A stretch of DNA of 64,000 nucleotides from Candidatus Yanofskybacteria bacterium RIFCSPHIGHO2_01_FULL_43_32 (GTDB taxonomy: Bacteria > Patescibacteriota > Minisyncoccia > 2-02-FULL-40-12 > GWA2-44-9): positions 172,514 to 236,513 of the forward strand of contig MGJF01000002.1 in NCBI GenBank assembly GCA_001794125.1, given 5' to 3'. The translations under genes and the position numbers were made by a program. Below are positions 1 to 7,926 of the stretch, one piece after another (position 1 is the stretch's first letter; each line of letters starts with the position of its first letter). Under the pieces are notes generated by a model. It made no database searches and was not told where the DNA came from. It worked only from the letters and a program-made list of their open reading frames with translations.

Positions 1-1
1 A

Positions 2-271
2 CAAATAGATATAGAAGCGTGGATGCCAGGACAGAATCGCTATCGTGAAACTCACACCGCAGACCTCATGACCGATTATCAGGCAAGGCGTCTCGGGATT
101 AAAGTAAAACGAGCCGGTGGAACAGAGTTTGTCCACATGAACGATGCTACGGCTTTGGCTCTTAGTCGAACCCCGATTGCCATCATGGAGAATTATCAAA
201 CTAAGAAAGGTACTATTGAGATTCCTAAAGTTCTTCGCAAATACATGGGCGGGATTAAAGAGATTAAATAA
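2..271 (+). CDS. serS: Seryl-tRNA synthetase, C-terminal part (5'-truncated by window edge)
   Basis: DIEAWMPGQNRYRETH...DYQARRL...HMNDATALALSRTPIAIMENYQ...IPKVLRKYMG matches the SerRS motif 3 region. Confidence 0.95.
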   Translation, partial: QIDIEAWMPGQNRYRETHTADLMTDYQARRLGIKVKRAGGTEFVHMNDATALALSRTPIAIMENYQTKKGTIEIPKVLRKYMGGIKEIK

Positions 272-504
272 TCGCTCCGCCCGACACCTTATTTCAGCCC
301 GTTCCGATTGCTCCAGCGATTGGCTCCACTTGTCCTCACGACGGCGGGTCCAGCCTGCCATATCATGATGTTTATTGAATAGCATTACTCATCTGACGGA
401 AAGCCTAAAGCTTGAATAGCTTCTCTCGCGAACTATGGCATGGACACCAAGCCCGCCTGTTCGGACGGGCTTCAATAAGATGCCGGGCTGCGCTTACTAT
501 TTTA

Positions 505-652
505 GGCAAACAAAAAGGGCCACATTGGCCTCTAAAAACGATGAACCCCGTGTTGCAACACGGGGGGGCTTTTGACGCAGGCATCTGTCCGTGAGGGGAC
601 CAGATGTGCAGTTCCTGCCGCCGGGCCTGCCCATGAACCCGGTCTCACGATA
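505..652 (-). ncRNA. Putative small structured RNA of unknown family
   Basis: Lies between a consensus promoter and a GGCCA-AUG-UGGCC hairpin plus U-tract. Contains three GC-rich hairpins and no credible ORF. Confidence 0.5.
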
Positions 653-657
653 TAACC

Positions 658-686
658 AGTATATCATACTCGAATTAATATGTCAA
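658..686 (-). promoter_or_regulatory. Sigma70-type promoter driving a short leftward non-coding transcript
   Basis: Minus strand TTGACA-17 nt-TATACT with extended -10 TG. Confidence 0.7.
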
Positions 687-956
687 GAGGGCGCAGTCCT
701 GTTGCTTTTATGTCACTTTGATGAGACGACAGATGTAGTTTAAGCGAGCCAGCCATATACCCCCAGGGAGAACTTGCGCAGGCATTTCGGCTTGGTTCTG
801 CGAAATGCCGAGCATGTAGATAGCGCCGAGCCGCTGGAGCGAGGCGACTATCGGTCGAGTCGGGGGTATGTGGCTGGGGGCGAATTAGAAAAATGATGGG
901 ACAGAGCGAAGTCACAGATATATAGTTGAAGTCTAAATTTTTGATATAATAATGCT

Positions 957-1778
957 ATGCGACCCGTAAATATGAAAAAGTTAAATTACAAAGATGAGGT
1001 GGCGCAGCGGCATCGCCGGGCTCTTATTTTAAAGATTGCGGTAATGGCGCTTGGGACGATTGCTGTCGTGGCCGGGCTAATTTATCTTTTATTTTTCTCG
1101 CGGCTCTTTGACATACGGGAAGTAAGTTTTAACGGTTTGGATACGATGAGTTCCGATGAGTTCCGAAGGAAAATAGACAATACGCTTAACCAAAAGATAC
1201 TTAAATACCTGCCCCGGAAAAACAATATTTTTTTCGTGAATATTCGTAATTTTGAAAAAGAATTCGCTTCGGCTCACCCCGTCTTTAAATCGGTGAATAT
1301 TCAAAGAAAACCGCTTCACGGTCTGGTGTTAAATTTCTTGGAGAGAAAGCCGGCCGGGGTGTGGTGTTTCACTTCGACAAGCTCAGTACAAGTAAGCCAC
1401 TGTTCTTATTTTGATAGCGATAAGGTTCTCTGGGGCCAGCCAGCCAGGTCATCGGGCTTTATATTTCTGACCATTGAAGATCAAAGAAGAGGAACTGAAA
1501 GGAAGATAGATGATGAATTTTTCAAGCCAATAATGGAAGTGGCAAAAAGCATGGTCGGAGAAATAAAGAGCATAGTAATACAAACGGACTCGTTTAATGA
1601 ATTCCGGGTTTATACGACTGATTACTATATTATTTTTTCCGCCGATTCTGATATCCAGAATCAGCTGGATATCCTGAAAATATTTATGAACGAGAGAAAC
1701 AAAGACACTCAGCCAACTGGCGGATTCCATCCGCAATACATTGACCTGCGAATCGACGGCAGAGTTTATTATAAATAA
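957..1778 (+). CDS. FtsQ/DivIB-like cell division protein (POTRA domain)
   Basis: Single N-terminal TM helix, POTRA-like region, C-terminal YIDLRIDGRVYYK, upstream of murB. Confidence 0.75.
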   Translation: MRPVNMKKLNYKDEVAQRHRRALILKIAVMALGTIAVVAGLIYLLFFSRLFDIREVSFNGLDTMSSDEFRRKIDNTLNQKILKYLPRKNNIFFVNIRNFEKEFASAHPVFKSVNIQRKPLHGLVLNFLERKPAGVWCFTSTSSVQVSHCSYFDSDKVLWGQPARSSGFIFLTIEDQRRGTERKIDDEFFKPIMEVAKSMVGEIKSIVIQTDSFNEFRVYTTDYYIIFSADSDIQNQLDILKIFMNERNKDTQPTGGFHPQYIDLRIDGRVYYK

Positions 1779-1904
1779 CCCGCTCAACCCTTCCCATTTT
1801 CGACCTGCTTTCTAAAGCTAAGCTCACGCCTCATCCCGCCTTTTCATCTTATTCCTAAGTTTGAATAAATGGCCGATAATCAACAGGGGAGTATCGCTAT
1901 TAAT

Positions 1905-2050
1905 GATTAAGGCGAAGGATAACCGGCTTAGAGGAACGACCCGCAGGCGCTTGGGCTTGGTTCCTCCAAGCGCCGAGGGAGAAGAAATTTTTATCGCTGG
2001 AATAAAAATATTCTGGTTCCGAGAAGCCGGTTAGCTCTCGCCTTTGGTTA
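1905..2050. repeat. Long intergenic inverted-repeat element with internal hairpins
   Basis: AAGGCGA..TAACCGGCTT pairs with AAGCCGGTTA..TCGCCTT. Inner GGCGCTTGG/CCAAGCGCC and ATTTTTAT/ATAAAAAT. Confidence 0.6.
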
Positions 2051-2099
2051 ACAAAAAATCAAGTATTTTGCGAAACACTGAATATGATATATTTAAAAT

Positions 2100-3089
2100 A
2101 TGGAAATCAGAAAAAACATAATCCTTGCGCCGTATACGACCCTTGGGATTGGCGGGCCGGCGAGGTATTTTTGCGAAGTTGGGAGCGTTGATGACCTAAA
2201 GAGCGCGCTGAAATTTTCAAAAGAAAATAGTTTGCGTTTTTTTATTCTGGGCGGAGGAAGCAACATCCTGATTTCCGATAAGGGATTTGACGGGCTGGTT
2301 ATCAAGATGGAAATTAAGGGTCGGGAATTTAAAGACGAACTTTTAATCGTTGGAGCCGGTGAAAATTGGGACGAAGTTGTTGTCGCGGCCGTGGAGCGAG
2401 GTCTTGGTGGCATAGAAAATCTGTCATTGATTCCTGGCACGGCCGGAGCGGCGGTTTGCCAGAATATCGGCGCTTATGGTGTTGAGCTGAAAGATGTTCT
2501 TGAAAGTTGCGAGGTTATGGATGCCAACTTCGGCAAGACCAAAATCCTGACCAACGCCAATTGTTGTTTTGGTTACAGAGACAGTGTGTTTAAAAGCGAC
2601 AGCAGTTTAATGGTTTTGAAAGTGATTCTTAAATTATCAAAAAATTATAAGTCGAATATCGAATATCCGGATCTGGCCAATTTGTTTGACGGGAAGACGC
2701 CGGCAATATCGGAGGTCAGGGAAGCTGTTATAAAGATAAGGAGAAGCAAACTTCCTTACCCGGACGAAATCGGAAATGCCGGTTCGTTTTTCAAAAATCC
2801 GGTTGTAGCGGCAGAACATTTTGAAAAGATAATCCTGAACCACCCCGGCTTAAAAGGGTTCAGATTGCCAGACGGGTCAGTAAAATTATCTGCCGCCCAG
2901 TTGACAGAAAAATGCGGCTGGAAAGGAAAAATATGGGGCAATGTCGGAGTCTCAAATAAACACTCTTTAGTTCTGGTCAATTATGGCAAGGGAACAGCGG
3001 GAGAGGTGGCTAATCTCGCCGAGGATATAAAAAGGTCGGTAAAAGATGGGTTTGGGGTGAAATTGGAGCCGGAAGTTGAGGTGATTTAA
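2100..3089 (+). CDS. murB: UDP-N-acetylenolpyruvoylglucosamine reductase
   Basis: GGGSNIL, IPGTAGAA..QNIGAYG, FGYRDSVFK, GNAGSFFKNP, LEPEV motifs. Confidence 0.97.
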   Translation: MEIRKNIILAPYTTLGIGGPARYFCEVGSVDDLKSALKFSKENSLRFFILGGGSNILISDKGFDGLVIKMEIKGREFKDELLIVGAGENWDEVVVAAVERGLGGIENLSLIPGTAGAAVCQNIGAYGVELKDVLESCEVMDANFGKTKILTNANCCFGYRDSVFKSDSSLMVLKVILKLSKNYKSNIEYPDLANLFDGKTPAISEVREAVIKIRRSKLPYPDEIGNAGSFFKNPVVAAEHFEKIILNHPGLKGFRLPDGSVKLSAAQLTEKCGWKGKIWGNVGVSNKHSLVLVNYGKGTAGEVANLAEDIKRSVKDGFGVKLEPEVEVI

Positions 3090-3096
3090 GGTGGGC

Positions 3097-3125
3097 TTGA
3101 CTTTATGGTCTGACTTTGCTATACT
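3097..3125 (+). promoter_or_regulatory. Sigma70-type promoter upstream of the large structured RNA
   Basis: TTGACT-17 nt-TATACT with extended -10, followed by boxA-like GTTCTTTACATA at 3139. Confidence 0.7.
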
Positions 3126-3131
3126 GTATAG

Positions 3132-3815
3132 ACAATCAGTTCTTTACATAGGGCCTCATAAAAAGGGCCCGAAAAAAACCAGTAAATACCTCATTATCCA
3201 GGCATTCAAGTAAGATATATTTGGCCTTTAAGGACATAGACATTTGTAGAAGTATTTCATGATTAGTTCTCAAGTTGTATGATTTGCTGGTTTTTTTCGG
3301 GCCCATCTATGCCCAACAAGATGGCCCGGCGCAGTCCTTATACCCAAGACGGGACATGCGGAAGGAGTTAACATGCTCCTCTGTGTGTGACTGCGCCGCG
3401 GCCTCAGTATCGGCAGGACAAAGTTGCCTGCCGACCCTCGGCGGAAAGTGGTGTTGACGAAGAGGGCAACAACAAAACCACACCGCCGCCAGGCGCCGAC
3501 TGGGGGAAAATACCCGGCCGGTCTTAGACGGCCGCTCCGCGCCGCGAAAATTCGCGCGAAGCGGCCGTCATCCACGTCAGCATTCCGGGAATGGTGGATA
3601 ACCCGGGTCTCGCCGACCAATAAGTGCGGGATTTTCAACCACTCGGGAGAGGCGTATCGTCTCTCCCGTCCAAACCTTTCTCGCCCAGGCATAACGCAAA
3701 GAAGGGAGGGTGAGCGGTTGGAAACTTAGCGGGGAAGCCCGCGGTAAAAATACTTCGCTTTGGCAAGGTGTGCGATACACCTTCCACGGGCCCTAACGGG
3801 CCTGTTTTCTTTTGT
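3132..3815 (+). ncRNA. Putative large (~680 nt) highly structured ncRNA of unknown family
   Basis: About ten helices, including a 23-bp stem (3165-3187 with 3282-3304). Own promoter and terminator, and the downstream gene is convergent. Confidence 0.65.
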
Positions 3816-3817
3816 TT
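3788..3817 (+). terminator. Intrinsic terminator
   Basis: GGCCC-TAAC-GGGCC followed by TGTTTTCTTTTGTTT. Confidence 0.65.
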
Positions 3818-3822
3818 AAAAA

Positions 3823-5595
3823 TTACTGTGTAATATGCCAGACGAAGATGGAGTTGCCGATGTCGGCGACGGGTTTGCAAGAATCAAGCCAGGCGTAACT
3901 GGTTTCCGGTTTTTCTCTTGAGCCCATGAAAAACGATTTAGAAACGGCAATATATCCGCCGCCGGGATTATCCGCGAGAAATTCTCGCGCGTTTTTGTAC
4001 CTGCCGGCGTTTATCCAGACATATTTACTTCCAAGGTAGAAACCGGCGTCAGCCCAGCCGAAATAATCCAAACTGATCTTGGTGATTTTATTCTTATCTA
4101 CCCAATCGGCAAGACGCTTTGCATCTTGTCCCCAATCCACATTTGAATCTACTGCGTATAAGTATCCGCCTTTGGGTCCGCCTGCGGCCTGATTGAAATA
4201 AGTGAGATAATGGGGAAAAACATTTAAGTTTTCAAACAAATACCAACCGAGCAAAACGGCAATTAACCAGCAGGTCGCAACATATTGTTTGCGGCTTATA
4301 TTTTTTAACCCGTTTTCAATGCTTGTAAGTTGTCCGGCAAGAAGAATGTAAACAAAACCGTATATCGGCATCAAATGCCTTACGCCGATGTTTAAGTTGG
4401 CTTTTATGCTGGCATACCAATAGATGGCAAGCCAAACAAGCATTGAAAATTCGGTAAAATGGTTTTTTAGCCAGTGTGTCAATTTGTATCTGTTCGGTTT
4501 AAAAATAACCGCTAAATTCAACAAAACCATTACAGCCAGTCCCCAGAACGCCAATGGTTCTTTTATGAAATAAACGACAGGGAAGTATTTCTTCCAGGCG
4601 GTTTGTTTGATTTCTCCTAAAAAATAAGTCGTGTTTCCGCCGACACTTCTTTGGGTTACCATCAACAAACCCAGGCTGTATTGGCTTAGAGCGCGTATAT
4701 AAGGTTTGTCCGAAGCCCACACTACTTTATCGGCAATAGACCTGTTTCCGTAACTGTTAAGATAATAAGTTGTGTCGGTTTTTTGTCTTGCCACCGGGTA
4801 ATTTATCACATGAAGGCCGTATACCGGCCAGACAACCGCCAGATAGCCCAGAACAATAATTGCGACAGTAAAAAATAAAGTTTTGGCAACAGAATATATT
4901 TTATTATGCATGGCTCGTCCTGAATTTATTGAATGGATTAGTCCCCAAGAAATTGCGAGAATAATAAACAGAGGATTTAAAAGGAACAATGAAAATTTGG
5001 TCAGTTGCGCAATTCCAAAAGCAATCATGGCTATGGTAAAATTGGTTTTAGTTTGGTTTTGGAGAAACCGTATAAAAAAATAAGTCCCTAATAATATTCC
5101 GAATAATGCCGGGACGTCAGTGGTCACAAAACGGCTGTGGGCCATAACGGTGGGGGAAAAAGAAAACATAAAAACGGCAATCAGCGCCGCCTTGTCGCCG
5201 TATAGTTTCCGAGTCCAATAAAAAATAATTATCGCCGAAAGAATAAAGAACAAAACCATCGGAAGTTTGGCGATTCTTGTCATCAGGATAGCGTCATTTC
5301 CGGAATTAAAAATAAGGTTTCTTCCGAAATTCCATTGGCCGTTGATGTCGCCGGTCCAGAACTGTGTTTTAAATGCTGACTGGTTTAAAGATAAAAAGCT
5401 CAAGGCAAACCCGGCCAGATCCTTGACTAAGGGAGGATGCTCCGGGTTTAATCGAAAATCACCTTTCTGAACATAAGAATATCCCGCTCCGATGTGGGGA
5501 ATTTCGTCTACTATGGGCGAGTCGTTCCAGACGCTAATAACCGCCAGGATGGCGGCTGAAACAATTATAGTTATCGCTATAAATTTTATTCTCAT
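3823..5595 (-). CDS. GT-C fold (PMT/ArnT-like) membrane glycosyltransferase
   Basis: IVDEIPH (DE motif), NPEHPPLVK, multiple TM helices, DSNVDWGQD. Confidence 0.85.
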   Translation of the reverse strand: MRIKFIAITIIVSAAILAVISVWNDSPIVDEIPHIGAGYSYVQKGDFRLNPEHPPLVKDLAGFALSFLSLNQSAFKTQFWTGDINGQWNFGRNLIFNSGNDAILMTRIAKLPMVLFFILSAIIIFYWTRKLYGDKAALIAVFMFSFSPTVMAHSRFVTTDVPALFGILLGTYFFIRFLQNQTKTNFTIAMIAFGIAQLTKFSLFLLNPLFIILAISWGLIHSINSGRAMHNKIYSVAKTLFFTVAIIVLGYLAVVWPVYGLHVINYPVARQKTDTTYYLNSYGNRSIADKVVWASDKPYIRALSQYSLGLLMVTQRSVGGNTTYFLGEIKQTAWKKYFPVVYFIKEPLAFWGLAVMVLLNLAVIFKPNRYKLTHWLKNHFTEFSMLVWLAIYWYASIKANLNIGVRHLMPIYGFVYILLAGQLTSIENGLKNISRKQYVATCWLIAVLLGWYLFENLNVFPHYLTYFNQAAGGPKGGYLYAVDSNVDWGQDAKRLADWVDKNKITKISLDYFGWADAGFYLGSKYVWINAGRYKNAREFLADNPGGGYIAVSKSFFMGSREKPETSYAWLDSCKPVADIGNSIFVWHITQ

Positions 5596-6677
5596 TTAAA
5601 GTACCTCCAGTATTCCATAAATCCGACAGAAAACAGGAAAATAATCATAACCAATGCGGTTATGGCATGAGCCTCGTGTTTAGAATGGGTGTCACGCATT
5701 CCGTACCATGAGCTTAATTTGTTGAAGAACCACCAGATCCCCCGAGCGGTGAAAATCATTACTACCGGCAGAGCTCCGATAGTCAACAAGGCATCAGGCG
5801 CCGTGGCGGACAAAAATCCGGGGATAAGCGTCACAAAAAACCACGCAAATAAAAGAGTGTGGGCGGTTGAAAAATGGCCATGTTTGCGTTTTAGCCAATG
5901 GATAAATTCGTTAATAAAACCAACTGCAAAAAATACCCCTATCGGCCAGGGAAGCATGGGGCTCGGAGTGGTTTCCTGGCTGTGCTTTAGCCAGCCGAGG
6001 AACTCTGTAGAGCCGGTGGTATTGTGGGCCGGATTCCAGTCGCCGGTGAAGTTGAACATTCCTAAAGTTTTAACAACGTTATTTATTGTCAGCGAGTTCG
6101 GAATCCTTGCCAATAATTCTTCTTGATGCTGCCAGAAGTATATTCCGAGAGGCAGGGCAACAATAAAAATCGTGAAAGCAAAAACAACGAACCCTTGAAG
6201 AAGTTTTGTCTTGGCGTATTCGTATTTATCATGGCTAAAGTCTTTTTTCAGATACCACCAGTAGTTTAGGAATAAAAATATGGTGATGATCGGGGCGACA
6301 CAAAGGCTGTTTGTATAAAACCCAAGCCCTCCGAAAATGCCGGCTACAAAAAAGTAAGGCAAGCTGGCTTTTTTGAGCCCCTTCCCAAGAAGATAGAAAG
6401 AGTAAACAAGCGTAAACGGAATTATTATTGCCGCAGATTCCATTCTTGAAAAATTAACGTGCCAGAAAGATGTTGCCGTCAAAAAGCTTGCGATGGCCGC
6501 TAAACGCCACTCAAACAGTTCTTTGACTAAAAAATAAAGCCCGATAACAGTGAGGATTCCCACGGTTGCCGAGGATATTCTTAAGGTGTCCAATTGATAC
6601 AGACGAAAAAAGGCCGCAACGCCGACGATAATTAAAAAAATGGCCAACTCTTGTTTTTTTGTCTTTAGCATACCCAT
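5592..6677 (-). CDS. ArnT/PMT-like membrane protein, apparently lacking the DE-motif loop
   Basis: FFRLYQLD directly joined to LRISSATVGILTV, SFWHVNFSR, many TM helices. Confidence 0.65.
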   Translation of the reverse strand: MGMLKTKKQELAIFLIIVGVAAFFRLYQLDTLRISSATVGILTVIGLYFLVKELFEWRLAAIASFLTATSFWHVNFSRMESAAIIIPFTLVYSFYLLGKGLKKASLPYFFVAGIFGGLGFYTNSLCVAPIITIFLFLNYWWYLKKDFSHDKYEYAKTKLLQGFVVFAFTIFIVALPLGIYFWQHQEELLARIPNSLTINNVVKTLGMFNFTGDWNPAHNTTGSTEFLGWLKHSQETTPSPMLPWPIGVFFAVGFINEFIHWLKRKHGHFSTAHTLLFAWFFVTLIPGFLSATAPDALLTIGALPVVMIFTARGIWWFFNKLSSWYGMRDTHSKHEAHAITALVMIIFLFSVGFMEYWRYFK

Positions 6678-6741
6678 TTATTCTATCAGAAATTTATTAA
6701 AGTTTTATCAACAAACCGTAAATTGGTGGCATTTTATACCA

Positions 6742-6771
6742 TTGACAAAGTGCCATTAAATATGCTATACT
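6742..6771 (+). promoter_or_regulatory. Sigma70-type promoter of orphan gene
   Basis: TTGACA-18 nt-TATACT with TG, boxA-like GTTCACTTACAA at 6782, SD AAGGAG. Confidence 0.6.
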
Positions 6772-6832
6772 TATACCATCAGTTCACTTACAACCAATTC
6801 AATTCCGCATTTCGCGGGCAAGGAGAAAAGAA

Positions 6833-7261
6833 ATGTCCGACAGAAAGTTAATTATAATCATGACCTGTATCCTTGTTGTACCGTCAGTGGCCTTAGTAGC
6901 GATTATGGTTCTTATAGGCTTGGGTCGTGGCGACGGCATCGAACCCGGCAAGACATACGCCCTCGCTTACTCTTACAAGGCCACGATCAAGGGCGGGACG
7001 CCGGCTCGCGTGTTTGACTTCTCGGACAGGAGCCTTCCACGGACTTCCGTCGTGGTTCCGCTTCGTGATGACCGTGGCATGCCGCTGGTTGAAGAAATCT
7101 CGAGCATGCCTCAGAGCACGGTTCGGAAGGTCGTCGCCAGTGTTCCAACTCGGACAGTAGAAGGTGTGACCTATCCCGGCTACACTTACGTGGTGTGGCA
7201 ATACCACCTTAGCGTGGTTGGGTCGCAGAGCGTGGTCCCCGAAGTCATTCCCGGCAAGTGA
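6833..7261 (+). CDS. Hypothetical membrane-anchored protein
   Basis: Own promoter, SD and terminator. N-terminal TM helix, higher GC than neighbours. Confidence 0.7.
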   Translation: MSDRKLIIIMTCILVVPSVALVAIMVLIGLGRGDGIEPGKTYALAYSYKATIKGGTPARVFDFSDRSLPRTSVVVPLRDDRGMPLVEEISSMPQSTVRKVVASVPTRTVEGVTYPGYTYVVWQYHLSVVGSQSVVPEVIPGK

Positions 7262-7269
7262 GCGCAATC

Positions 7270-7326
7270 GCCCCGGAGGGCGTAACCAGAAATCGTGGTT
7301 ACGCTTCCTCCGGAGGCGGTTTTTTG
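7270..7326 (+). terminator. Intrinsic terminator
   Basis: CCGGAGG.GCGTAACCA / TGGTTACGC..CCTCCGG hairpin followed by T-run. Confidence 0.65.
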
Positions 7327-7330
7327 ATAC

Positions 7331-7453
7331 TTTGAACTTTTATTGCCAATCATCATTTATCATTTAAGCAACCGGCGGAGGGTGTATGTCTTTTTAAAAT
7401 TAGCAAATTTTTAAAAGGCATACCCCGCAGTATGCATGGAGGTTATGTGAGCT
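7331..7453 (+). repeat. Dispersed ~125-bp structured repeat, copy 1
   Basis: TTTGAACTTTTATTGCCA..TTAAGCAACCGGCGGAGGG-hairpin-GCATGGAGGTTATGTGAGC, also present at 28753-28877 (-) and 29621-29712 (+). Confidence 0.85.
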
Positions 7454-7516
7454 GTTAAAAATGATGAGGCAGAGCTTGTGGAATATTGGTTTTTATTTTT
7501 GTGCTACAATTAAACC

Positions 7517-7921
7517 ATGACAGAATCAGGAGCTACAATTGAACAGGAGATAGCCCAACTGGAAAAACAGCTTCAGGAGAAGAAGGCGGGTTTAGAGCAA
7601 CAACCGGAACAAAAAGAATCATTGCCTGACAAGGAAGTTTTAAGAGAAGTTGTCGGCGAGAAGATTCAGCAGAACTCTCCCGCTTATATTCCCAAATCAG
7701 TACCACAAACGCAGACCGACGACACGAACTCTATTCCATCAGAACTCAAAGATAAGATTCAAGAACTTATTAATCATGTTTTTCAAAATAGTTTAGAACA
7801 GGGAATCAAGGAAGCCGTTAAATCAAACAACCCCGCCCTGATTGACGCTTTTCATGATGTTTTGGTTGACCAATTATACGACACGCTTTTAGAAAGAAAA
7901 AAACTTGACCCTATTAGCTGA
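7517..7921 (+). CDS. Hypothetical protein upstream of the ATPase
   Basis: Coiled-coil N-terminus, C-terminal NPALIDAFHDVLVD. Confidence 0.75.
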   Translation: MTESGATIEQEIAQLEKQLQEKKAGLEQQPEQKESLPDKEVLREVVGEKIQQNSPAYIPKSVPQTQTDDTNSIPSELKDKIQELINHVFQNSLEQGIKEAVKSNNPALIDAFHDVLVDQLYDTLLERKKLDPIS

Positions 7922-7926
7922 AGAAA

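Noticed and set aside
271-330. Pyrimidine-rich CGCTCCGCCC tract after stop codons (also near 55132)
   Set aside because: The match is only about 10 nt, with no further alignment I could support.
505-652. SRP RNA (often found near serS or dnaX)
   Set aside because: Lacks the CAGG..GNAA..AGCA domain IV motif.
3132-3815. RNase P RNA, tmRNA or self-splicing intron as the identity of the large structured region
   Set aside because: No GAGGAAAGTCC or ACAGAA..CGGCTTA, no tRNA-Ala-like ends, and no group I P7 or group II domain V motifs seen on either strand.
3270-3880. Overlapping ORFs of 60-140 aa in the ORF track
   Set aside because: Arg/Pro/Ala-rich translations typical of GC-rich non-coding DNA, with no ribosome-binding signals or recognisable motifs.
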